From: the human T2T-CHM13v2.0 reference genome, Homo sapiens | DNA length: 64,000 nucleotides | Assembly: GCF_009914755.1 (NCBI RefSeq) | Contig: NC_060936.1 | Reading direction: 5' to 3' (one strand) | Shown here: positions 33,800-47,328 of the stretch, piece by piece | How positions within the stretch are numbered: the stretch's first letter is position 1 | Layout of the letters: the number at the start of each line of letters is the position of its first letter | Position numbers and translations under genes: made by a program | Notes under the pieces: generated by a model | Databases searched by the model: none | Seen by the model: the letters and a program-made list of their open reading frames with translations, nothing else | What the model was told of the DNA's origin: nothing

Positions 33800-34620
33800 A
33801 AGGATAAAAGAGAAACAGCAAAAGTGAGAAAAATAGAAATTTTAAAGTGATGCAGTATAAACAAATCCAAATAAATCTATAATCACAACACTCAAAAAGC
33901 AAGTAATGTCATAATAGATCTTTAACATCTACTTATATGTTCAGAAGAGACCCACCTAAATGTTAGAAAAAATAAAGCTTGAAGTTTAGAAGACAAGAAA
34001 AGGATGTAATAAGCAGATATAACTAAAAGAAAGCCAATGTGGCTGTATTTTTATCAGAAACATATAAAAATTCAGACTAAAAAATTATTAGGTATAAAAA
34101 GGGACACTCATAACAATTTTTAAATGCTCAGTTCACCAAGAAGATATAAAAATTCTAAACATGCATCTAATAAGATAGTATTAATGGTATCAAATTATGT
34201 AAAGTAAAAAATTAGTACAGTGAAAAAAATGAATGAAATTTACAAAGCTTAAAATACTTACTATCTGGCCCTTTACAGAAGAATTTGTTGACCTCTGTAC
34301 ATGACCGTAAGGTACTTTAGCAATGTTCAAAATATTGGCATCAAACAACAACAATCTTTGAAACATAATGCAACAAAATATGGAGCCAATAAAAAATAAA
34401 TAATCCCACACTCTTGAAAATTTAAAAGGAAACTATATTTTTAAATAATGCATGGGTGAAAGGAGAAATAATGATGGAAATTTAAGAATACTATATACCA
34501 AATAACAAAACTATTATATATTAAAACTTGAGAGGTGGCTAAGGATGGCCAATTAGAACACTAATAAGGGCATTAATTGCAACACATTGAAAACAGATCA
34601 AATATGTTTCAATTCATGAG
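33800..34620 (+). mobile_element. Old L1M ORF2 endonuclease-region relic, with a MER58-like end near 34255-34298
   Basis: AGAAGAGACCCACCTAAA, CAGTTCACCAAGAAGATATAAAAATTCTAAA L1 motifs. Confidence 0.6.
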
Positions 34621-35238
34621 TTTAGATATTTGGGGGAAAAGCTAGTTGATCACCTTGGGAAGATGATAGGGAACTATTTAAATAAAGAGAGAAAAATCAA
34701 GGATTTATCATGCCTTTCCTACATGAACCATACCACTGAGCAGTCAGTAATGAATCACCTGAAAATATTGGCACAAGGGGACAAGTTGAAACATGCAAGG
34801 AAACCCAAGAGGCCAGTCATTTCCAGCTGCCCAAATGGGACTACAGAAAGGCAGCTTTTAGAGAGATCTATGGAAAACTATTGCCTCTGACGGCAGAACA
34901 TGAAATTTAAGGAGAGTGAGGACAAGCTTGGTTCCAATGGGGACCTCTGCATCCATCACTACATCCAACTGCCAGAAACTTCCGAAAGCTACACCTCTAC
35001 GTCTGCCTTCCAGATTTCATGCAGGCTCCTCTTTTGGCCAACTCTCATTCAGAATCACAAGAGAAAGGGAATTTTGGAAAATGTCATAGCAATTCAGTGT
35101 AGTCCCTCTTTTTCAATTTGGTAACTATATATCCTCTTTTAACCACTTCCAGATAAAGATAATAGCAAAAGTATGTTTCCACTTAAGATGGAACAGGCCT
35201 TCATATACCTAAAAAGATATTGATCCAGTCTCCTACAG

Positions 35239-35727
35239 CAGGGACCCCTAACCCCCATGCCATGGACCAGTACTGGACCATGGCCTGTTAGGGACCGGGC
35301 TGCACAGCAGGAGGTGAGCAGTGGGCAAGCTAGCATTATTGCTTGAGCTCTGCCTACTGTCAGATCAGCCATGGCATTAGACTCTCACAGGAACATGAAC
35401 CCTATTGTGAACTGCATATGCAAGGGCTCTAGGTTGCATGTTCATTATGAAAATCTAATGCCTGATGATCTGTCACTGTCTCCCATCACCTCCAGATGGG
35501 ACTGTCTAGTTGCAAGAAAACAAGCTCAGGGCTCCCATTGATTCTACATTATGGTGAGTTGTATAATTATTTCATTATATACTACAATGTAATAATGATA
35601 GAAATTAAGTGCACAATAAATGTAATGCCCTTGAATCATCCTAAAACTATCACCCCCACCTCCTGGTCTGTAGAAAAATTGTCTTCTGCAAAACTGGTCC
35701 CTGGTGCCAAAAAGGTTGGAACCGCTG
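35239..35727 (+). mobile_element. MER1A hAT DNA transposon
   Basis: CAGGGACCCCTAACCCCC...AAAAGGTTGGAACCGCTG terminal repeats; 8-bp near-TSD TCCTACAG/CCCTAAAG. Confidence 0.9.
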
Positions 35728-36268
35728 CCCTAAAGGATACACAAATGAGATCCATCTTTGGATGATGTCGATTTATCTTTTAGCCCACTCTCATTCCCCC
35801 TTTGGTACGCTGTAACTTAAATACTAATGGATAAAGTTAATACATTATGTTAGATAGCAGAATGAGAGAAAAAAGAAAAGACGAACAAAGGTGGTGTGTG
35901 TTTAAACATACGTATTTAAATAAATTCATATCAAAGAAAAAATACACTCATAACTACTACCAAACTCATTTCTGCAAATTGGTCACATGGTCATAGCTGG
36001 TATTTAGAGTTTCCTTTTCCCACTATCCACTCAGCATTCTCTGCTCTCAACAGGCACCCCAGATTTCCTGGAGGATGACCCAAACCTTCATTCCTGAAGG
36101 GTCTGTAACATTTACAGTCCTGCTGTATTGGGTGTTGCAGTTTTCTATCAACTTTTCATCAAAGTAGTATAAAGAGGTGCCCCCAAAGGACCTGTTCAAT
36201 TCTAATGATACTCCTCTCTGCTTCCATCATGTAGTAGCAACCCAATTTTCCCTTAAGGATCAGAATAA

Positions 36269-36638
<370 letters not shown>

Positions 36639-36918
36639 CGTTTTTTTTTTTTTTTGCCAGTAGGTTCAGTGGCATAAGGAGCTAAAAATGGCCCCATTAC
36701 AGTCTCAGATTCTGGTTTGATAGAACTGCTGTTGTGTTCCCAGTAGAGGCACTCTTCCTTTGGGAACTAAAACCTCTAAAACAGCAGATAACAAAGTTGG
36801 GAGGATGGAAAACCCAATTTTTGCTAGCAGGCCATTAAAGTTAGTAATAAGAGGAGCCAATCGCATTTTCTCCCTTTAATTCTCTGACCTGAGGGGGAAA
36901 ATAAGCGCCACACAGTTA

Positions 36919-37248
<330 letters not shown>

Positions 37249-38773
37249 TGCATCCTGGAAGACACTACTGTAGCCCTGCAACGTGTTGCCCTCCAGCTGA
37301 TACCACAGCTGAGTCTCCAAAGGGCCATCTACTATTCTATCAACCAACTACCTAAAAATGATGAGGAACATGACAAGCCCAGTGGACTTTATGAGTTCTA
37401 GCCCATTGCTGTAATTTACTTGGCATAAAATTAGTTTCCTGGTCAGAAGCAATGTGGTGTGGAATATTATGAGGGTGAATACGGCATTTTGCAAGTTCGG
37501 AAAGGATTGTTTTTCCAGGAGCATTGCAGGCAGAAAAAACAAATCCATATTCAGTTTTGCCCATTGGAAGGATTTCCCTTAAGCACTGTACCTTAGGGCG
37601 CCCCTTGAGGGCCTGCAGTGCTGCAGCTGTCCACTTTTAGGTGGTGCCCGCATGCCTTGAAAAACCATCTGTAATCAGGCCTGAATTTTCTCTTCCTTAG
37701 TAAAGTGGACAGAGAGAACTTCCCATGAGGCCATGGGTGTGGACTGAGAGAGAGAAGCCAATTTAATATGAATAAGAGCCATAGGAATCTGAGCCAGTTA
37801 CACATGCAGCTTACTTATGACTTTGGGACCTACATAAGCCCAATCTTGGATATATTATTTCTACTTATATTGGAGTGCTGCTGTGGACGCCCAACCTATG
37901 GCTTAGTGAGTCAAACAACATCAAGTTCATAATGCGGAGTTCATATTGCATAACAACTTGATAGTCCAAAGTCAAGCATTCAGTCTTTTCTGGGGTTCAG
38001 TAGCAAATCAGAAGCTATTTATTAAAAAGAGAAAGTTAATCTTTAGAAGATGGCACATAGCTTTGCTTCCCAGTCCTGAAGGTCTATAACTCACAGATAG
38101 GGTCCAGCCAAGGGCCCACACAGTCTCCCAATCTGTCAGAGACATTTCAAGTATCAGTGGATCTTCTGTATCAAAGGGCTCCGGGGGCAGAGGAGCTGGC
38201 ATGCAGCGTGGACCTGTTGAAGAGCCTTCCCTTGTGTTAGGCCCCACTGCAAACTGGAAGTCCACTAGCAGTTGTGCTTTTTTCTTTGGGGTAGGGCTAG
38301 ATGCAGCAACTTGTTCTTCACTTTTGAAGAGGTATCTTGACCATGTCCCAGATCAGAGGGGGCAGTCACTGAAGTGGAGGGCTCCTAAACTTTGGTGAAG
38401 TTGATTTCTCGTCCTCTGGCTATTTGCTACTTCTCGCTTATCCAGTCCAGTCAACAGCGTAGCATCACCATAATTGAGTAGAATAATAACTTGTGGAATT
38501 GAGAGGCAATCAATGTCTTTTCAGACTAGATTATAACAGAGGGCTTCAGGGTTGATAAAGGCTCAAAATAGGACAGTGGAGGGGTAGTGCTGGCCGTAAC
38601 AATTAAAAGCAGTTATAATCTTTACCATCCATCCTCTAAGCCTTTTATCGTAGCACATTCTCTGCAATCCCTCCAAGAATTCTATGCTGCCTTTGATTTA
38701 CTATTTTAGCAGGTAGGCACAGTTCTAGGGACTCCTTCCTGGACTTTTCTATCATAAAATTCCTTACTGCCCA

Positions 38774-39138
38774 TAATATGGTTTAACTGTGTCCCCACCC
38801 AAATCTCATCTTGAACTGTAGCTCCAATAATTCACATGTCGTGGGAGGGACCCAGTGGGAGACAACTGAATCATAGGGGTGGTTTCCCCCATACTATTCT
38901 CATGGTAGTGAATAAGTCTCACGAGACCTGATGGTTTTATAAGGGGAAAGCCCTTTTGCTCGGTTCTGATTTTCTCTGTTGTCTGCCACCATGTAAGATA
39001 AGCTTTTCACCTTCTTCCATGATTGTGAGGCCTCCCCAGCCACCCTGCGGAACTGTGAGTCCATTAAATCTCCTTTTCTTTATAAATTACCGAATCTCAG
39101 GTATGTCTTTATCAGCAGTGTGAAAATAGACTAATACG
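38774..39138 (+). mobile_element. THE1 (THE1C-like) MaLR solo LTR
   Basis: ATATGGTTT..CTGTGTCCCCACCCAAATCTCATCTTGAA...GACTAATAC; exact 5-bp TSD GCCCA. Confidence 0.9.
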
Positions 39139-39659
39139 GCCCATAATTTGGGGAATCAATTTGGGAATCTGCCATTTGCTGAATATGTGAATTCCACCTC
39201 TGCATTTTAGAATTGGGAAAATAATCCTAGGGTTCAGGTATCCACCAGACCCACTATGAGTTGCACTCAGGCCAAAACCTCCACTTATTTCCTGACCTCT
39301 TAAGGCCCTACTGTGACTGGTGCACCACAGTGACATTTTGGGTTTCTAGGAACAGTGCTAGTGTGCAGCAGTCCTCCCAAAGTCTACTTATTTCCCCTCC
39401 CACAAGGTACAATCACACTGATAAGTGGCCACAGATCCCTTTGGGAAAGGATAGTAAGATTTACAATACATTTTTTGCAGTCTAGCAGCATTCTTCCACA
39501 AAAGGCCTTGCTTCCCCTTGATTCAAGGGGCTCTGTGTCTATGGACTAGATCAGGTGTGGCAATCAATCAGCTGAGGATCCGGGACTGCTCTGGAATTTA
39601 ACTCAAGACTTTTCTACTCCACACCTAGAACTTTTTTTGTGTGTATATAAATCAAGTAA

Positions 39660-39959
<300 letters not shown>

Positions 39960-40198
39960 TAAATTAGCCAACACCAAAGATCAAACCATTCTGATTATCA
40001 CTTTAGTTCTGCTGTCCATTATTACAACCATGTTTCTCTTGTCCCTAGCAGTAAAGATAGTTACGTGATGTCACTTGGTGCCTCTGTTCCAGTATCCCAC
40101 TATCCCCAGTGAATTGTGGGATGGTGGCAACATTAATGGCTTACAGAGAATGGCTACTATAGAACTCCAAAAGGGTTCTGGTGTTTGCTTCAGCAATG

Positions 40199-40493
40199 CT
40201 TTCTTTCTCTCTTTCTCTTTCTTCCTTTCTTTCTTTCCCTCTTTTCCCCTCTCCCCTCCCTCCCCCTCCCCTCCTCTCTCCTTTCCTTTCCCTCTTCTTG
40301 CTTTCTTTCTTTTCTGTCTCTGGCTCTCTCTCTCTTTTCTTTCTAGTGATGAGCCCCTAACTCTGTTGCACAGGTCGGAGTTCAGTGCCAAAATCATAGC
40401 TCACTGCAGCCTTGAAATCATGGGTTTAAGCGATCCTTCCACCTCAGTGTCCTGAGTAACTGGGACTACATATGTGCACCAACCTGCCCAGCA
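40199..40493 (-). mobile_element. AluJ right arm with CT-rich low-complexity tail (40199-40344)
   Basis: Alu right-arm match; flanking CA(G/A)CAATGC repeat. Confidence 0.8.
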
Positions 40494-40682
40494 ACAATGC
40501 ATTTCTTAAAGCTTTGATTAAAGGAGACCCTCCCAGGTCCTAACGAAGGGATCTTACACAATAAATCCACTCCAGCATACTGTCTGCTTATCTTTTGGAT
40601 ACCTTCTGTTTATAGCAATGGGAGAAGAATTCATGAAAGATGTAGTTTTCAGGTACTACTTAACAGAAAACAAATGGTTTCG

Positions 40683-40684
<2 letters not shown>

Positions 40685-40722
<38 letters not shown>
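40685..40722. repeat. (GT)n microsatellite
   Basis: About 19 perfect GT units. Confidence 0.97.
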
Positions 40723-40725
<3 letters not shown>

Positions 40726-40785
40726 TGTGAATTTTGAATATGAACAAGGACTAAAAATAGAAATTGGAATAATGAAGTAAGGATT

Positions 40786-41317
40786 GTGATGGTTAATTTT
40801 ATGTGTCAAATTGACTGGGCCAAGATGGCCAAGTAGCTGGTAAAATACTACTTTAAGTGTGTTTGTGAGGGTGTTTCTGGAAGAGATTAGCATTGGAATC
40901 AATAGGCCGAGTAAAAATACTGCCTTCACCGGTGTGGGTAAGTGTCATCCAACCCACTGAGAGCCCTAATAGAACAAAAGGGTGGAGGAAGGGCAAATTC
41001 TGTCTTCCTCTTCTTGAGCTGGGACATCTGTCTTTTTCTGACCTCAGACATTGAAGCTTTTAGTGCTCAGACCTTCAGCCTTGAACTGGGAGTTACACCA
41101 TTGGCTCCTCTCCTTCTCAGGCCCTTGGACTCAGACTCAGACTCAATTATACCACCAGTTTCCTGGTTCCCCAGCTTGCAGATGGCACATCTTGGGACTT
41201 TTTAATCTCCATAATTGCACAAACCAATTCCCATAATAAATCTCCTCTTATGTATCTATCTATTTATCCATCCATCTATATCCTATTGATTCTGTTTCTC
41301 TAGAGAAACCTAATATA
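40786..41317 (+). mobile_element. MLT2 (C/D-like) ERVL LTR
   Basis: TGTGATGGTTAATTTTATGTGTCAA.TTGACTGGGCCA start; GATTCTGTTTCTCTAGAGAA.CCTAATA end. Confidence 0.85.
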
Positions 41318-41713
41318 GTGTTTTAGCAGAGACGAAAGATTCAATAGTGAAAATGAACTACACAATTTGGTGGTGGAAAAAGGGACATGGCAAGAATCCA
41401 AACCAGAAAATTGTTACTTCTAGAAAGATAACTGGAAATATAGAGGAGAATCTGTGAATAAAACAGAAAAAGTTGGCAACAGGCAATATATGAAGCATAG
41501 AAGAGATCAATATGTCAAAACTTATTCTGAGGTTCATTAATTCAAAGGTTAACAATATGGTGGCATTGGTAAGAAAGGTGGCGAAGCCATAAAGAGAAAA
41601 CATATGGAAGACAGTAGTTTGAAGGTCAGGTAGAAAAAGATGTGACAAAAATTGTGAAATATTCTAAAAATATAGCTGCCAAAGAGTGGGCTGATGGAAA
41701 GTTGATTAGTATA

Positions 41714-42216
41714 TGCAGTGACTTTATAATGTGACAACTTGGCTAGGTTGAACTACATTCCCAGAATTCCCTTTATGATTCTAGTTATGGTGGGCCACAG
41801 AGGGAGAGTCTGGAGTGATTTGGAGGGTAGATATAAAGCAGCAAACATTTTTTTAGCTCATGCACATGGTCATTTAACTGTTGGCTCACCTCATGGGGAT
41901 GAGCCAGTGACTGGGGCTGCAACTACTCCACCTTTAACATGATCCTTCTTCAGCTTCTGCAACTCCTGGGCCGGGTATGTGGGTGTTTAGTTCCGTGGCA
42001 AAGGACTCCAGCTCGTGTGGAACACCCAGGCCATCAAGGTCAGAGGCAATGAGAATTAATATGGGTTTTGGTTCACTCTCACGAGATCCACTTCATGCTT
42101 TTGAGTTCTAGCTTATAATTTGTTTCACCCACTTTACATCCATCTTCTCTTCCCAAATGGCTGCCTTAAATATATTTCTTTTATGATGTCAGTCAGCATG
42201 CAATCAAAGAAGCAGA

Positions 42217-42258
<42 letters not shown>

Positions 42259-42280
42259 CTGCTTCTCTGATTGTATGATG
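41714..42280 (+). mobile_element. MLT2E/F-like ERVL LTR
   Basis: TAATGTGACAACTTGGCTAGG.TGAACTACATTCCCAGAATTCCC start motif; end approximate. Confidence 0.6.
42219..42256. repeat. (CA)n microsatellite
   Basis: About 19 perfect AC units. Confidence 0.97.
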
Positions 42281-42599
42281 ACTGTATAATAAAGTCTTTA
42301 TTATACAGTATGCCCTAAACATACAGCTTAGGGCACTAATTCTCAATATTTAAAACTCCATGTCTTATTTGGATAAGCATACACACTTCTCCTCTCCTTT
42401 CCCTTTTCACCAGTTATGACAGACCCTTCTTAAGGAAACATGCCCATTAGGATGAGGAATTTCTGGTCTGGCATAGATATAGCGATAGCATCTGCTTTTG
42501 TAGTTTGTATTGTTTAACATGCAATTACTTTCATTTTTTCAAATATAACATTATATGATAACGACTATAAATTTTCAAATTAAATGCATCCACTTCCAC

Positions 42600-42915
42600 T
42601 TTTTTGTTTGTTTTTTGTTTTTGGTTTTGGTTTTTTTGCGACACAGTCTTGCTCTGTCGCCCAGTCTGAAGTGCAGTGGCATGATTTCGGCTCACTGAAA
42701 CCTCCGCCTCCCAGGTTCAAGCAATTCTCTGCCTCAGCCTCCCAAGTAGTTGAGATTACAGGCATCTACCAGCAGACCTGGCTAATTTTTGTATTTTTAA
42801 TAGAGACAGGGTTTCACCATTTTGGCCAGGCTGGTCCTGAACTCTTGACCTCATGATCCACCCACCTCGGCCTCTCAAAGTGCTGGGATTACAGGCGTGA
42901 GCCACCGTGTCTGGC
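42600..42915 (-). mobile_element. AluS
   Basis: Antisense dimer, TSD ACTTCCAC. Confidence 0.94.
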
Positions 42916-43905
42916 ACTTCCACATGTTCTTAAATGTTCATCCTTCCCCACTCTTTGCCCCTCCACATGACTCTTTTTGGAGAATGAAGATTAGACATAC
43001 AGGTTTGTCTAATCATACAGGTTTGTGTGTAGAAAGTCTTAAGAGATCGTAATTCACTCTCTAACACCCAAAACAAACCAGATAATCTAAATAATTATAG
43101 TTTAAAAAAATCGGAGATATGAAAGCACAAAGAAACATAGGTGAACTAAACTTCAGAAAGGGACAATCATTCAATTGAGAGGAAAGAGCCACAGTTCTCA
43201 TCCCTGACTGAAGTGGAAAGAGGAGGAATCACCATAATTAATGCTAAGGAGAAAGCAGCCTAACTTTCAACATATTTTAAAGTGTGTGGCTGATGCGACA
43301 GGTTAGAATACACAGGAGCCACAGGCACAGAGCAAAACCATACTACCTCGCAATTATTTCTCATTGATATTCACTAACTCCTGGGGTAGGACCACAAAAA
43401 CAAGGGCAATACAGAGTTATTAAAACTTTCAGAGACACATTGGGGTTTCAGCTAAGAAAGACTTGTAGAGGGACAAGAGAGCTGAAAGAAAATCCCCAGC
43501 ACTCCAGGCTGTCAGCTAAGAAAGACTGGTGCAGGGAGGGGAGAGCAGGAGCAGAAAGATCTTCCCGTAAGACCTGAAGCTAGGGAGGACACTAACCAGG
43601 GCAGAAAAGGTGAGAATAACAACTCTAAGACAATATTTGCTTATAGGAAAAGTTCTAATCCTGCCTTCAAAATATTTGAAGCCTATAGTAAATTGAATCA
43701 AACTAAAGTTGAATCAAAGCCCAAACCCAGCCCAACTCCAGATCATATCAACTGAGCCCCAACTTCCTTCTTGGAAGAAATTTTTTAAATTTAATTTTTA
43801 ATTTTTAAATTTAATTCATTGTCTACTGTATTTTTACATAAAAATGTCCAGCACACAGTAAAAAAATATGGAAACACACAGATACATATAAAAAAAGAAA
43901 ATATG

Positions 43906-44246
<341 letters not shown>

Positions 44247-44249
44247 TCA

Positions 44250-44512
44250 GGCCGGGCACAGTGGAACACTCCTGTAATCCCAGCACTTTGGGAGGCCAAG
44301 GCGGGTGGATCACGAGGTCAGGAGATCAAGATGGTCCTGGCTAACAGGGTGAAACCCCGTCTCTACTAAAAAATATTAAAAAATTAGTTGGGCATGGTGG
44401 CAGTCCCAGCTACTCCGGAGGCTGAGGCAGGAGAATGGCGTGAACCCAGGAGGTGGAGCTTGCAGTGAGCTGAGACTGCCATTGCACTCCAGCCTGGGAG
44501 ACAGAGCAAGAA
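44250..44512 (+). mobile_element. AluY-like, 3' end missing
   Basis: Dimer ending at GACAGAGCAAGA. Confidence 0.92.
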
Positions 44513-44610
44513 AGTAAATAATGAATTACATAGGCTTAACGGTAAATTGGAAAAAATCAGAGGAAGAAAACTTAGAAAGAAATAAGTAGAAAGCGTTCAA
44601 ATTGAAACAA

Positions 44611-44720
44611 GGCAGGTGTGGTGGCCAGCACTGTAATCTCACTTTGAAAGCTAAGACAGGAGGATTGCTTGAGAACAGGAGTTCGAGACCAGCCTGAGCT
44701 GATCTCAAAAAAAAAAAAAA
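44611..44720 (+). mobile_element. Alu left monomer (FLAM-like)
   Basis: Single arm followed by an A tail. Confidence 0.8.
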
Positions 44721-45734
44721 GGAAATACAAGGAAATAAAACAGAGTATTTGAGATACATGGAACAATAATATATGGTCTAATACTTGTATTAAGAATAAA
44801 AAAAGGAAACAGAATGGGTGTAAAAATATTCAAACAGATAATAAATGACAATTTTCTAAAACTAATGAAAGATACCAACCCACAGATCCAATAACTGCAG
44901 CTGACATCAAGGTGAATAAATGATAAATGCAAAGAAAACCACTCCTGTGTACATCATAGTCAAAATTCTGAAAACCTAATTTAAAGAGCAGATCTTAAAA
45001 GCAGCTACAGAAAAAAGTGTACACTGTACACAGGGGCACCAAAATATGTACTACAAGTGATTTTTTAGCAAAATATGAAGTCAGAAGAGGAATGACATGT
45101 TTAAAGTGCTGAAAGAAAAGAAAATGTCAACATAAAATTTTACGTACAGTAAAAATACCCTTCAAAAGTGAACATGAACTAAAGACATTTAGAGGCAGAC
45201 AAAAGCTGAGAGACTTCTCCAACAAACAGCACACAGGCTATGCTGAGTGAAGTTCTTGAGGCCAAAGGGAAGATACCAGATGGAAAACCAGATCTGCAAA
45301 AAGGAATAAAAAAGTACTAGAAAGGATAAATATCTGGGCAAATTAAAAAGAGACATACTTTAATACATTCATTATATGCATATATTTACAAATTTCTAAA
45401 TACCATAAAAATACAATGTAAAATGAATTTTATAACATATAGAAGTAAAATATAACACAACAATACAGAGGATGGGAGAGGGATAAATGGAATTACATTG
45501 TAACTTTTTTACAGATTCATAAAATAGAATAATATTATTTAAAGGTAGCCTGTGATAATAACATACGCAAATTGTAATTTCTAAAGCAACCACCATATTT
45601 AACATAAAGAAGAAAATCTAAAAAGACAATCTAGTAATTTAAATGGAATATGAAAGAAAAAAATCCAATTTACCCAAAAGTTCTCAGAAAACAAGGAACA
45701 GAGAAACAAGCGACAAATGGAAATGAATGAATGA

Positions 45735-46623
45735 GAAAAACTTCCCTCAACCACTGTTATTGAACACTGAATGGCTCTGCAAATAAGCTTTTACTACAGA
45801 CTCAATAATGTTTCTTTATGAATTTAACCTAAAACTACAAGGCAAAATAGAGCTTATATGCAAAACTTAAACTGCAGTAAAATCATTTTGACACAACTAA
45901 CATTGTTTGAATCACAAATAATGTCAAGCTGTTTTACACACTTCTCATGCTGTCAAAAGTTAAAACAAGAAGCAAGATCTCCATTCCAACACAAATTTGC
46001 AGCAGTTATGTTTTTCTGAACTCAAACTACAGTACCAACAGTGTTTTCTGAATTTCAATGCAAGTGCAAAGGAAATTTTCATATTTAAAATTTACTTAAC
46101 TGTGCAACTGAGAAGCTTCCATTTAACCTTCAACTGGAAGTGATTAATCTGCAATGTAATGGCATGCTAAAGGGGAAATATCAAGAGAATTTATAGAATT
46201 CTAATAGAATTTTAGAAATGCCTTCTAAGCAATGAATACACTCAAGTAAAATCATGTGCTCATGGGTTGGTATCAGTATTTGGCGGTATCTGTCTGGGTA
46301 GAAAGACATTTCAAAAATGAAGTACATAAAATCTCATAAAAAATCAGCATTAATAGATGAACATCTGCAGTCAATTTTTATGAAAGAACACTTTGAACAC
46401 CAAGTGAAATGTTACTTTCCCCCCAAAAGAATTCCATGCCTTTCATTATTATACCTGTATTAAAATTGCTATTATTACACTTTGAATTGACAAAATAAAA
46501 AACTGTGGACTTTTTTTTCTTCGTGTTATATAAGTATCTACCTGACATTCTCAATTTTGTCTCTTGGCCCACAAAGACTAAGGCATTTACAGCTGGGCCC
46601 TTTACAGAGATTGGCAACCCCTG
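45735..46623 (+). mobile_element. hAT-Charlie (Cheshire/MER58B-like) DNA transposon relic with transposase C-terminal remnant
   Basis: Decayed translations WLCK*AF, FNLKLQGK, SVFG, SKMKYIKS, ALIDEHLQSIF; MER58-type terminus CTGGGCCCTTTACAGAGATTGGCAACCCCTG. Confidence 0.7.
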
Positions 46624-46774
46624 GTCTAAATGTAGTTTTTGCTACAGTTGTCAACTATGTTTTTTGCTTTGGAACCACAAACATTCTACTTCAAACTACT
46701 ACTTCTATGAATCACTTGTAGACGTTGAGGAGGAGTTAGGAAGAAAAGTCGAGAACTAATTTAGTCCTGGGGTT

Positions 46775-46995
46775 AAATAATAATTGTAGCCAACTTGAAT
46801 TGAGCACATATATTGTGCAGCTCTCTGCTAAGGAGGCATTTGTATATATTTTCTTATTTAATAAGATAATCTTATGAGCTAGGTACTATTTCTCCCCATT
46901 TTACAGAAGCTTAGTGACTGTGTTGTCAGGGATCACATTGCTAAGTGATGTGGAAGACATAACCTAGCAATGGGACATCTAAACCAATGTCTGCA
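46775..46995 (-). mobile_element. MIR
   Basis: AGGTACTATTTCTCCCCATTTTACAGA core. Confidence 0.7.
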
Positions 46996-47019
46996 ACATC
47001 AATTAAGAAAAGCAAAAGA

Positions 47020-47328
<309 letters not shown>

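Noticed and set aside
40786-41317. MLT2 LTR as the 5' LTR of the neighbouring ERVL relic
   Set aside because: It lies on the opposite strand to the internal sequence, so it is probably an independent solo LTR.
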